NCBI RefSeq assembly: GCF_001898315.1
Contig: NZ_MKTQ01000009.1
Location: 49,974-113,973, forward strand
DNA: 64,000 nucleotides
Source of the DNA: Microbacterium sp. 70-16
GTDB lineage: Bacteria > Actinomycetota > Actinomycetes > Actinomycetales > Microbacteriaceae
Reading direction: 5' to 3'
The position numbers were made by a program, and so were the translations under genes. A model generated the notes under the pieces. The model was not told where the DNA came from and searched no databases. It worked only from the letters and a program-made list of their open reading frames with translations. Shown one piece after another: positions 28,045 through 36,537 of the stretch (position 1 is its first letter; every line of letters starts with the position of its first letter).

Positions 28045-29103
28045 TCAGTAGAACTCGACCGTATCGACAACCGCGCGCATCGGCGCGCCATCGAGCAGTC
28101 GCGTCGCGTCGTCCGCGAAGCGGCGCGCGATGCGCTCCTCCTCGCGCGAGCTCAGCGCAGCAGTGTGCGGGCTGATGAGCACCTGTGGGTGATTCCACAG
28201 CGGCGAGTCCTGCGCGAGCGGCTCGACCTCGAACACGTCGAGCGCAGCGAAGGCGACCGTCCCGTCGTCAAGCGCCTTCAGCAGCGCGACCTCGTCGATC
28301 ACGGTGCCGCGTCCGACGCTCGCAACAATAAGACCTGGGCGGGCCGCCGCGAAGACGCGTTCGCCGATGAGGTGGTAGGTCTGGTCGGTGCCGGGAAGGG
28401 TCACCACGATGGCATCCACTTCGGCCACTGCCGCTTCGAGCTCGTCGAGCGGAATGAGCCGGTCGACGCCGGCGACGGCCTCGCCGGACCGCGTCGTGCC
28501 CCAGACCCGCGCTCCGAGCGCGTGGAAGCGCGCGGCGCACTCCGCGCCGATGCCGCCGAGGCCGACGACCAAGACGGTCATCTCGTCGATCTGGCGCATC
28601 TCCCAGCGATCGGGCCAGACCCGCTCGCTCTTGTCCTGGGCGAGTCGAGGCAGATTCTTCGCGCCCGCCATCACGCCGAACACGGCGAACTCGGCGAGCG
28701 GACCGCCGTGGACCCCTGCGCTCGTCGTGAAGACGATGCGGTCGAGGTCGGCGCGGTCCAGGCCCGCGGCGCGCACCTGGGCACCGCCGCCGGCCGCCGT
28801 CGTCATGACCCAGCGCAGCTTCGGGTTGGCACTGACCGTGCGGGCGAGTGCGGCCGGGTTCACATCGGGGATGCCGAACAGCGCGTCGGCGGAATCGACC
28901 ATGCGGTCGAACGCCTCCTGCTGCGCCGGCGTGCGCCGGAACGCCGGATCACCGGACCAATCGGCGGGCCCACGCATCGGCGGTGTGAGATCGTGGTCAC
29001 GGATGACCTGCACGCGCGGTTCGAGCGTCTCGATGAGCTGGCACAGGTCCTCACGCAGCGGCACGGCCGCGACGACGCGCAGGTCCGAAGACTTCTCCGA
29101 CAT
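28045..29103 (-). CDS. D-isomer-specific 2-hydroxyacid dehydrogenase family protein (possible 2-ketoaldonate reductase)
   Basis: Track ORF 28045..29160 trimmed to the ATG at 29103 (AAGGAAGGG upstream). NAD fold VGLGGIGAECA is present, along with a catalytic R/E/H pattern (SVGRG.., ISPHTA). Confidence 0.85.
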   Translation of the reverse strand: MSEKSSDLRVVAAVPLREDLCQLIETLEPRVQVIRDHDLTPPMRGPADWSGDPAFRRTPAQQEAFDRMVDSADALFGIPDVNPAALARTVSANPKLRWVMTTAAGGGAQVRAAGLDRADLDRIVFTTSAGVHGGPLAEFAVFGVMAGAKNLPRLAQDKSERVWPDRWEMRQIDEMTVLVVGLGGIGAECAARFHALGARVWGTTRSGEAVAGVDRLIPLDELEAAVAEVDAIVVTLPGTDQTYHLIGERVFAAARPGLIVASVGRGTVIDEVALLKALDDGTVAFAALDVFEVEPLAQDSPLWNHPQVLISPHTAALSSREEERIARRFADDATRLLDGAPMRAVVDTVEFY

Positions 29104-29160
29104 CCGATTCCCTTCCTTGGGTGGATATGACGTTCTTTCACTGTAGCGTACGTCCAGCAT

Positions 29161-29178
29161 ATTGAACAGTGTTCGAAT
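29161..29178. promoter_or_regulatory. Candidate IclR operator I2 (ATTGAACAGTGTTCGAAT)
   Basis: Palindrome in the divergent intergenic region between the genes starting at 29103 (minus) and 29204 (plus). Confidence 0.4.
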
Positions 29179-29203
29179 GGCTGAACTGCGCTAGGGTGTC
29201 GGC

Positions 29204-30094
29204 ATGAGTTCACTTCTCAATGACGAGACCCTCCCCCGACTCGGCATCCTCGGCCTCGGCGCCATGGGCGAACCGATGGCCCAGCGCTTGCTCGCGGCAC
29301 ACGGATCGGTCGTCGTGCACGCCCGCTCACCCCGTCCTACTCTTGTCGCGGCCGGAGCAACCTGGGCCGCGACACCGCGCGAACTGGCAGCCACCAGCGA
29401 CGCCGTGCTCGTGATGCTGCCCGACCTGCCCGAGCTGCGCGCGGCGCTCGACGGCCCCGATGGGCTGCTCGCCGGCGCCGGCGACCTGCTGCTGATGATC
29501 GGCTCGACCTCCTCCCCCGTCGGCGTGCGCGATCTCGCGATCGAACTGGCCCAGGCGACCGACGGACGTGTGCACGTCGTGGACTGCCCCGTCTCAGGCG
29601 GCGTCGACGGCGCGACCGACGGCACCCTGTCGATCATGCTGGGCGGCACGGATGCCGATGCCGCGCGCGCCGCCGCGCTGCTCGCGCCGTGCGGCACGCC
29701 CGTGCACCTGGGCCCCCTCGGGGCCGGTGAAGTCGCGAAGGCGTGCAACCAGCTCGTCGTGGCCGCCACCATCACCGCGCTCGGCGAGGCGACCGAGCTC
29801 GCCGCCCGCTCGGGGCTCGACCTCGAGGCGCTGTGGACGCTGCTGGCCGGCGGCTACGCCGGATCGCGCCTGCTCGAGACGCGCAAGAGCCGGCTCGTCG
29901 CGGGCGACGACTCACCCTCCGGAGCGGCGAAGTACATGGTGAAGGACCTCGGCTTCGCCGCAGACATCGCGGATGCCACGGGCATCCACGCCGCACTCTT
30001 GCCCGCCCTGCGCTGCATCTTCGACGAGATCGTCACGGCCGGCCTCGGCGACCGCGACATCTCGGTCACCCGCCGCCTCACCGCCCAGCGCTGA
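29204..30094 (+). CDS. NAD(P)-dependent oxidoreductase, 3-hydroxyisobutyrate / tartronate-semialdehyde reductase family
   Basis: 296 aa. It has an N-terminal GILGLGAMGEPMA dinucleotide fold and a 6PGDH-like C-terminal all-helical domain (KACNQLVVA). Confidence 0.85.
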   Translation: MSSLLNDETLPRLGILGLGAMGEPMAQRLLAAHGSVVVHARSPRPTLVAAGATWAATPRELAATSDAVLVMLPDLPELRAALDGPDGLLAGAGDLLLMIGSTSSPVGVRDLAIELAQATDGRVHVVDCPVSGGVDGATDGTLSIMLGGTDADAARAAALLAPCGTPVHLGPLGAGEVAKACNQLVVAATITALGEATELAARSGLDLEALWTLLAGGYAGSRLLETRKSRLVAGDDSPSGAAKYMVKDLGFAADIADATGIHAALLPALRCIFDEIVTAGLGDRDISVTRRLTAQR

Positions 30095-30593
30095 GGACGG
30101 CCAGCGCCGCGGCCACGCGGGCGACGATCTCGTCGACGGGAGCGGCGACGTCGGCGACGACGCCGACCTCGTCGGGGTCGAGTCGCTCGAGGGTGTCGAG
30201 TTGCGAGGTCAGCAGGCTCGCGGGCATGAAGTGGTCGGTGCGCGCCGTCGCGCGGGCGGCGAACAGCTCGCGGGTGCCGTCGAGGTGCACGAACACGACC
30301 TCGGGCGCGTGCGCGCGGATGCGGTCACGGTAGACGCGGCGCAGCGCACTGCACGCCATCACGAGCCCGTCGCCGGATGCCGCGAAGCACGCTCCGACGG
30401 CATCCAGCCACGGCCAGCGATCGTCGTCGGTCAGCGGCGTGCCGGATGCCATCTTGGTGCGGTTGGCCTGCGGATGCAGATCGTCCGCGTCGGCGAAGGG
30501 CACCTGCAGCGCCTGCGCGAGGGCGGCGCCGACCGTGGACTTGCCCGCGGCCGACACCCCCATCACGCAGACGAGCCGCGCCCGACCGGTCAC
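30078..30593 (-). CDS. gntK: Gluconokinase (second paralogue)
   Basis: 171 aa. Walker A is GVSAAGKS, with DADDLHPQANRTKMASGTPLTDDDRWPWLD and CSALRRVYRD. Its start overlaps the ManD stop (ATGA). Confidence 0.9.
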   Translation of the reverse strand: MTGRARLVCVMGVSAAGKSTVGAALAQALQVPFADADDLHPQANRTKMASGTPLTDDDRWPWLDAVGACFAASGDGLVMACSALRRVYRDRIRAHAPEVVFVHLDGTRELFAARATARTDHFMPASLLTSQLDTLERLDPDEVGVVADVAAPVDEIVARVAAALAVLSAGR

Positions 30594-31828
30594 CAGTCGT
30601 GCACCGTGCCGTCGGCCAGGCGGTTGTACGGCAGGTACGCCTGCTCGTAGGGGTACTTGCCCGCCTCGTCCTGGTCGAGTTCGACACCGATCCCGGGGTT
30701 GTCACCCGGGTGCAGCAGACCGTCGCGCCACGTGAACGACTGCTGGAACACCTCGTCGGTCTTGGCGCCGTGCTGCATGTACTCCTGGATGCCGAAGTTG
30801 TGGATCGCGAGACCCACGTGCATCTGCGCGGCCATACCGACCGGCGAGATGTCGGTCGGCCCGTGGAAGCCCGACTTGATCTGGTAGAGCGCCGCGTATT
30901 CCATCGTCTTCTTCAGCGGCGTGACACCGCCCATGTGCGTGACGGCACCGCGGACGTAGTCGATCAGCTGGTCGCGCACGAGGTCCTTGAAGTCCCAGAC
31001 CGTGTTGAAGATCTCGCCGATTGCGAGCGGCGTCGTCGTGTGCTGGCGGACGAGCTTGAGCGCCTCCTGGTTCTCGGCCGGCGTGCAGTCCTCGAGCCAG
31101 AACAGGTCGTACGGCTCGAGCGACTTGCCGAGCTTGGCTGCCTGCAGGGGCGTCATCCGGTGGTGGCCGTCGTGCAGCAGCGGGATCTCGGCACCGAACT
31201 CGTTACGCACGGCCTCGAAGACGCCGGGCAGGTGGCGCAGGTACGCCCGCGTGTCCCAGTCCTCCTGCACGGGCTTCGCACCGCGGCGCGCCGGCTCGTG
31301 GTCGTAGCGAGCCTCGCCGCCGCCGGTGTCAGCCGACTGCGACGCGATGCCGTAGATCGCCTTCAGGCCGGGCACGCCGGTCTGCACGCGGATGGCGCGG
31401 TAGCCCTGCTCCTGGTGCGAGCGGATCGAGTCGAACAGCTCGGGAAGCTCCTTGCCCGACGCGTGGCCGTACGCGAGCAGGCCCTCGCGCGATGCCCCGC
31501 CGAGCAGTTGATAAAGCGGCATGCCAGCGGCCTTCGCCTTGATGTCCCACAGGGCCATGTCGACGGCGGCGATCGCCGCCATCGTGACGGGCCCACGGCG
31601 CCAGTAGGCGGACCGGTACAGGAACTGCCAGGTGTCCTCGATCTTCGAGGCATCCGACCCGATCAGCAGCGGCACGACGTGCTCTTGCAGGTAGGCGACG
31701 ACCGCGAGCTCGCGACCGTTGAGCGTCGCGTCGCCGAGACCGGTGAGCCCGTCATCGGTGGTCAGCTTCAGCGTGACGAAGTTGCGATCGGGGCTGGTGA
31801 CGATGACTTCAGCCTTGTCGATGATCAT
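30590..31828 (-). CDS. Enolase-superfamily dehydratase, ManD subgroup (D-mannonate and/or D-gluconate dehydratase)
   Basis: 412 aa. It closely resembles the ManD sequences I recall (NFVTLKLTTDDGLTGLGDATLNGRE, VDMALWDIKAK, FWLEDCTPAENQEA, YLPYNRLADGTVHDW). Confidence 0.9.
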   Translation of the reverse strand: MIIDKAEVIVTSPDRNFVTLKLTTDDGLTGLGDATLNGRELAVVAYLQEHVVPLLIGSDASKIEDTWQFLYRSAYWRRGPVTMAAIAAVDMALWDIKAKAAGMPLYQLLGGASREGLLAYGHASGKELPELFDSIRSHQEQGYRAIRVQTGVPGLKAIYGIASQSADTGGGEARYDHEPARRGAKPVQEDWDTRAYLRHLPGVFEAVRNEFGAEIPLLHDGHHRMTPLQAAKLGKSLEPYDLFWLEDCTPAENQEALKLVRQHTTTPLAIGEIFNTVWDFKDLVRDQLIDYVRGAVTHMGGVTPLKKTMEYAALYQIKSGFHGPTDISPVGMAAQMHVGLAIHNFGIQEYMQHGAKTDEVFQQSFTWRDGLLHPGDNPGIGVELDQDEAGKYPYEQAYLPYNRLADGTVHDW

Positions 31829-31870
31829 GATGATTCCTTTGTCAGAGAGGTGTGCTGATGAGCAGCGGAG

Positions 31871-33334
31871 TCACTCGACCCGCATGTTGCCACTACCGGC
31901 GGGCCGGTGCGACTGGAACGATGCCGTGGACAGCTCGGGGCTCATCGGTTCGGCGAGGTGGTTGATCTTGCGGCGTGCCGCGATCTCGGCGACGATCGCG
32001 CGGTGGCGCTCGTCGGTCAGCGGGTAGAAGAACATGATCAGGACCGCCACGATCGAGCAGACGAGCGGAATGAGTCCGGCACCGGCACGGATGCCGAGCT
32101 CGGCGGCCTCGGACTGCTGCGCGGCCCCCGCGACGTAGCCGCCCCACGAGAGGGCGAAGGCTGCCAGCGCGCCGCCGACCGCCTGGCCGGTCTTGCGGGT
32201 GAAGGAGAACAGGGCGTAGATGATGCCCTCCGAGCGCACGCCGGTCTTCCACTCGCCGTACTCGACGGTGTCGGCCTCGAGCGTCCACACCAGCATGTTC
32301 ACCAGCACCAGCCCGAACTGGGCGATGAGCAGACCCGTGAAGCCGAGCCAGACGATGTTCGACGGCGTGAAGAACATGATCGCGCCGCCGACCGCCATGA
32401 TGACACCGCCGACGATGTAGCCGGTGCGCTTGCCCCAGCGGCGGACGATCTTGGGCATGAAGGCTGCGAGGCCCAGCGAGATGACGATCTGCACGATCGA
32501 GACGACGGCGTACAGCGGCAGGGCGTGCAGCACGTCGCGCAGGTAGTACAGCTGCACCGTGCTGAGGGCGAGCATGCCGGTGAGGAACACGAACGAGCTC
32601 AGGCACAGCATGAGGAGGGGCCGGTTGCCCTTGAGCGTCGCGAAGCTCTGCTTCATCGTGACGTGCTGGACGTCGCGGGTGACGCGCTCCTTGGCGGTGA
32701 ATGCGGTGAACAGGTACAGCGCCGTGCCGACGACGACGAAGCCGAGCGTCATGAAGGTGAACGTCGCCTGCAGATCGGCACCGGGGACGATCAGCGGTGC
32801 GACGAAGATGCCGAGCGCCGCACCGACGACCATCGCGCCGATCGAGCGGGCGCTGGCGAGCTTGGCACGCTCACCGGCATCCTGCGTCATCGCGCCGGCC
32901 AGTGAGCCGTACGGGATGTTGACGAGGCTGTAGGCCAGGCCGAGCGCCGCGTAGGTGAGGTAGGCGTACAGCAGCATGCCCGTCTCACCGATCTGCGGCA
33001 CCGAGAAGGTCGCGACCGACAGCAGCAGCAGCGGCACCGACCCGAACATGATGAACGGGCGGAACTTGCCGAACCGCTTGGAGTACGTCTTGTCGACGAT
33101 GCGACCGGCGAGGATGTCGGCGAACGCGTCGAACACGCGGACGACCAGCAGCAGGGTTCCCGCCGCTGCCGCAGAGATGCCGGCGACATCGGTGTAGTAG
33201 ACGAGCAGGAACATCGTCGCCGTCGTGAAGGCGAGGTTGTTCGCGGCGTCGCCGGCTCCATACCCGATGATGCTCAGCTTGCTGAGGCGATCAGCTCCCG
33301 TCGCCGGGACGACCGTCGTGTGTGTGTGGTCCAT
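31871..33334 (-). CDS. Glycoside-pentoside-hexuronide (GPH):cation symporter family transporter
   Basis: Track ORF 31871..33439 trimmed to the ATG at 33334 (AAGGAAGG upstream). It encodes 487 aa with 12 TM helices and a GPH-like N-terminus (LSIIGYGAGDAANNLAF, LLVYYTDVAGIS). Confidence 0.9.
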   Translation of the reverse strand: MDHTHTTVVPATGADRLSKLSIIGYGAGDAANNLAFTTATMFLLVYYTDVAGISAAAAGTLLLVVRVFDAFADILAGRIVDKTYSKRFGKFRPFIMFGSVPLLLLSVATFSVPQIGETGMLLYAYLTYAALGLAYSLVNIPYGSLAGAMTQDAGERAKLASARSIGAMVVGAALGIFVAPLIVPGADLQATFTFMTLGFVVVGTALYLFTAFTAKERVTRDVQHVTMKQSFATLKGNRPLLMLCLSSFVFLTGMLALSTVQLYYLRDVLHALPLYAVVSIVQIVISLGLAAFMPKIVRRWGKRTGYIVGGVIMAVGGAIMFFTPSNIVWLGFTGLLIAQFGLVLVNMLVWTLEADTVEYGEWKTGVRSEGIIYALFSFTRKTGQAVGGALAAFALSWGGYVAGAAQQSEAAELGIRAGAGLIPLVCSIVAVLIMFFYPLTDERHRAIVAEIAARRKINHLAEPMSPELSTASFQSHRPAGSGNMRVE

Positions 33335-33403
33335 GAGGCCTTCCTTCGCTTCTTTGCTGCGGGCTTGCACCTTTGCGCTTCTCGCTGGCCGATGCAGACA
33401 GTA

Positions 33404-33417
33404 AACCACTGTTCGAG
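33404..33417. promoter_or_regulatory. Candidate IclR operator I3 (AACCACTGTTCGAG; weaker match)
   Basis: 10/12 core identity to the I2 half-palindrome. It lies ~70 nt upstream of the GPH transporter start. Confidence 0.3.
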
Positions 33418-33422
33418 ACAAA

Positions 33423-33438
33423 TGGCAAGCGATTGCCA
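33423..33438. promoter_or_regulatory. Candidate LacI-family operator O1 (TGGCAAGCGATTGCCA)
   Basis: 16-bp palindrome with a central CG, in the divergent region between the GPH operon and the gene starting at 33590. Confidence 0.5.
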
Positions 33439-33490
33439 CACAAGAATCGGATGCCCGAAGGAATCTCTCAGAAACTGGCCGTCACTCTCG

Positions 33491-33505
33491 TGCAACCGAT
33501 TGCCA
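33491..33505. promoter_or_regulatory. Candidate LacI-family operator O2 (TGCAACCGATTGCCA)
   Basis: Second copy of the palindrome, 68 bp from O1. Confidence 0.5.
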
Positions 33506-33589
33506 TATTCGGGCTGGCCTGGCACACTGGAACGAGATCACACGCACGCCCGCGGCCGATGACGGTCGCTTCCAACGAAGGAGAACACG

Positions 33590-34447
33590 GTGACGAAGAT
33601 CGGCGTCCAGGCGATGATGCTCAGGGACAGCTTCGCCGCAGTCGGCGCATTCGAAACGCTCAAGAAGATCAGCGACATCGGCTACCACGCCGTGGAGATC
33701 TCGCAGATCCCCATGACAGAGGACAACGTCACCGAACTCGTCCGCGCGCGCGACGAGCTGGGCATGGACATCGCGTCGCTGTCGACGGGGCTGCGGTCTG
33801 CCGGCATGCCGATGGACACCCTGACCGAGAACTACGACAAGCTCGTGGCAGACAGTCGGCGCTTGGATGCCTCCATGGTGCGCATCGGCATGCTCCCCTT
33901 CGACGCGATGTCGTCGCTGGAGAACATCCTGGCCTTCTGCGATGAGACCAACGAGTACGCGAAGCGTCTCGCCGACAATGGCATCCGGTTGTACTACCAC
34001 AACCACCACATCGAGTTCGCGAAGTACGACGGCAAGCTGCTGCTGGACATCATCGCCGACCGCGCACCGCAGGTCGGCCTCGAACTCGACGTGCACTGGA
34101 TCCAGCGCGGCGGCAAAGACCCGGTCGCGACGATCCGCAAGTACCGCGACCGCGTCGCGATGATCCACCTCAAGGACTACCGCATCGGGCAGCTACCCGC
34201 CGAGGCGTTCGACTCGCTGGCGAAGGGCGACTTCGCGGCGTTCATGACCGCCTTCACCGGCGTCGTGCAGTTCGCCGAGGTCGGCGAGGGCAACCTCGAG
34301 TTCGGCGACATCATCACCGAGGCCGTCGACAGCTCGGCCGAGTACCTGCTCGTCGAGCAGGACGATCTGTACGGCCGCGATGTGTTCGACTGCCTGCAGA
34401 CCTCGTACGACAACCTCGTCGCGCTGGGGCGCGCCGACCTGTTCTGA
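33590..34447 (+). CDS. Xylose-isomerase-like TIM-barrel protein (sugar phosphate isomerase/epimerase family)
   Basis: 285 aa. The start is a GTG preceded by GAAGGAGAA. The family is assigned from the overall pattern (IGYHAVEIS, YYHNHHIEF, IHLKD, VEQD). Confidence 0.8.
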   Translation: MTKIGVQAMMLRDSFAAVGAFETLKKISDIGYHAVEISQIPMTEDNVTELVRARDELGMDIASLSTGLRSAGMPMDTLTENYDKLVADSRRLDASMVRIGMLPFDAMSSLENILAFCDETNEYAKRLADNGIRLYYHNHHIEFAKYDGKLLLDIIADRAPQVGLELDVHWIQRGGKDPVATIRKYRDRVAMIHLKDYRIGQLPAEAFDSLAKGDFAAFMTAFTGVVQFAEVGEGNLEFGDIITEAVDSSAEYLLVEQDDLYGRDVFDCLQTSYDNLVALGRADLF

Positions 34448-34459
34448 CCCGATCCAGCA

Positions 34460-34501
34460 ACGACGAAGGGCCGGTGGCGATCGCCACCGGCCCTTCGTCG
34501 T
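34460..34501. terminator. Perfect 42-bp palindrome, bidirectional terminator candidate
   Basis: ACGACGAAGGGCCGGTGGCGA|TCGCCACCGGCCCTTCGTCGT lies between the convergent stops at 34447 and 34506. Confidence 0.6.
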
Positions 34502-34505
34502 CAGG

Positions 34506-35555
34506 TCACTCCGTGCGGGCGGGCCCGGTCGACCCGCGGATGATGAGCTCGGTCTCGAGGGCCGCACCCTCGACGGCCGAGTCGCTGCGCCTGGCATCCC
34601 CGCCGATCAGTTCGAGGGCGCGCATCACGGCGAGCTCCCCCGCTTCGGCCAGCGGCGAGCGCACGGTCGTCAGCGGCGGCGAGGTGAAGTTAGAGCCGAA
34701 GCTGTCGTCGAATCCGACGATGCTGATGCGTCCCGGCACGGCGACGCCGTGCTCGGTAGCGGCCAGCAGCAGACCGATCGCCATCAGGTCGTTGTAGGCG
34801 ATGATCGCCGTCGCGTCGGAGGCGATGACACGCGAGAGCGTCGCATGCCCGCCCTCGAGCATCGGCTGGTTGGGTCCCGTCGAGGTGATGGTCATCCCGC
34901 GCTGTGCGGCACCTCGCTGCAGGGCCTCCCACCGGCGCGTGCTGATCCACGAGCCGGCGGGCCCGGCCAGGAACAGCAGCGAGGTGTGACCCAGCATCTG
35001 CAGGTGCGCGAGCGCCTGATCAACACCCGGTTCGAGGTCGGGCACGACGCACGCGACACCGTCGATGAGACGGTTCATCGCGACAAGCGGCTTCACTTCG
35101 GCAAGGGCGACGATCTGCGAATCGGCCAGGCGCGTCGTGCCGAGGATCAGCGCATCGACGGCGGGTTGGATGCGCTCAGCCGAGGTCGCCTCGACCTCGC
35201 CGGACTCCTGCGACTCGGTCACGACCAGGGTGTAGCCGTTGGCCGTCGCCGCCTTCTCTGCGCCACGCACGATGCCGAAGATCACGGGGTTCGTGATGTC
35301 GGCGATCAGCAGGCCGAGCGTGTTCGTCCGCCCGGTCGGCAGCGCTCGCGCCATCGGGTTGAGCCGGTACTTTAGCTCTTTCGCGGCCGCGTGGATCTTC
35401 GCCTCGGTGTTGGCGTTGATGCGCCCGGGCTGGCTGAGCGCCCGCGATACCGTCGACGGGTTGACGCCCGCGAGCTTCGCGACGTCGTAGATCGTCGGCG
35501 CGGACCCTGCCCGTCGCCGGCGCACCGGCGCGGTGTCTGCACTGTCAGCTGACAC
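34506..35555 (-). CDS. LacI-family transcriptional regulator
   Basis: Track ORF 34506..35687 trimmed to the GTG at 35555 (GGAAGGAG upstream). HTH is TIYDVAKLAGVNPSTVSRAL, followed by a periplasmic-binding-fold effector domain. Confidence 0.9.
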   Translation of the reverse strand: MSADSADTAPVRRRRAGSAPTIYDVAKLAGVNPSTVSRALSQPGRINANTEAKIHAAAKELKYRLNPMARALPTGRTNTLGLLIADITNPVIFGIVRGAEKAATANGYTLVVTESQESGEVEATSAERIQPAVDALILGTTRLADSQIVALAEVKPLVAMNRLIDGVACVVPDLEPGVDQALAHLQMLGHTSLLFLAGPAGSWISTRRWEALQRGAAQRGMTITSTGPNQPMLEGGHATLSRVIASDATAIIAYNDLMAIGLLLAATEHGVAVPGRISIVGFDDSFGSNFTSPPLTTVRSPLAEAGELAVMRALELIGGDARRSDSAVEGAALETELIIRGSTGPARTE

Positions 35556-35607
35556 GCTGGTGCTCCTTCCTGACCCCGTCGAGGGAGCCCCCGTCCGAGA
35601 CCTCGAA

Positions 35608-36537
35608 CTACCGTAATACACTGCGGACGGTGCCCGTCGGCGCCTCCGTCGGGCGATAACCACTCTGCCCGGCTGTCTCGGCGGCAAGGCGGCGGCGCTC
35701 GGCGCGCCGCTGTCGTTGCCGGTCGGGGTCGGGGACGGGTGCTGCGAGCAGTAGCTTCTGCGTGTACGGATGCTGCGGATCGCGGGTCACCTGCTCGGCC
35801 TCGCCCTGCTCGACGATCTCGCCGCGGTACATGACCGCGACGCGGTGGCTGATGTGGCGGACGACGTCGAGGTCGTGCGAGATGAACAGGTACGAGACCC
35901 CCGTGTCGCGCTGGATCTGCAGGAACAGATCGAGCACCGTGGCCTGCGTCGTCAGGTCGAGCGCCGAGACCGGCTCGTCGCACACGATGAGCTTCGGCGA
36001 CAGCGCGAGGGCACGCGCGATCGCGACGCGCTGGCGCTGCCCGCCGGAGAACTCGCGCGGTTGCCGGTGCAATGCATCACTGGGCAGATTCACCTGGTCG
36101 AGCAGTTCCTTGACGCGCGCCCGCGACTCGGTCTTGCCGATGCCCTGGATGCCGAGGGGCTCGGCCAAGATGTCACCGACCTCCATCGCGGGGTTCAGCG
36201 ACGTGTATGGGTCCTGGAACACGACCTGCAGGTCGCGGCTCAGCCGCTGCCGCTGCTTGCGCGAGGCGTGACTGATGTCTTCACCGGCGAAGGTGATCGT
36301 GCCGGCGGTGACGGGCGCGAGGCCCAGCACGGCGCGGCCGAGCGTCGTCTTGCCCGACCCCGACTCGCCGACCAGGCCCAGGGTCTCGCCCTGACCGATT
36401 GAGATGGCGATGTCGGTCAGCGCCCGGAACGGACGTGCCCGGAAGCCCTTGCCGGGGTACTCGACGATGAGGCTGTCGACGTCGAGCAGCGCGTTCGTCG
36501 TGGTGGCCCGGTCTGTGATGGTGGCCGTATCGGTCAT
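35608..36537 (-). CDS. ABC transporter ATP-binding protein (Opp/Dpp F-type)
   Basis: Track ORF 35608..37611 trimmed to the ATG at 36537, which overlaps the upstream stop. Motifs: Walker [10 protein letters not shown], signature FSGGQRQR, Walker B LIVCDEP, and the C-terminal oligopeptide-type extension. Confidence 0.9.
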   Translation of the reverse strand: MTDTATITDRATTTNALLDVDSLIVEYPGKGFRARPFRALTDIAISIGQGETLGLVGESGSGKTTLGRAVLGLAPVTAGTITFAGEDISHASRKQRQRLSRDLQVVFQDPYTSLNPAMEVGDILAEPLGIQGIGKTESRARVKELLDQVNLPSDALHRQPREFSGGQRQRVAIARALALSPKLIVCDEPVSALDLTTQATVLDLFLQIQRDTGVSYLFISHDLDVVRHISHRVAVMYRGEIVEQGEAEQVTRDPQHPYTQKLLLAAPVPDPDRQRQRRAERRRLAAETAGQSGYRPTEAPTGTVRSVLR

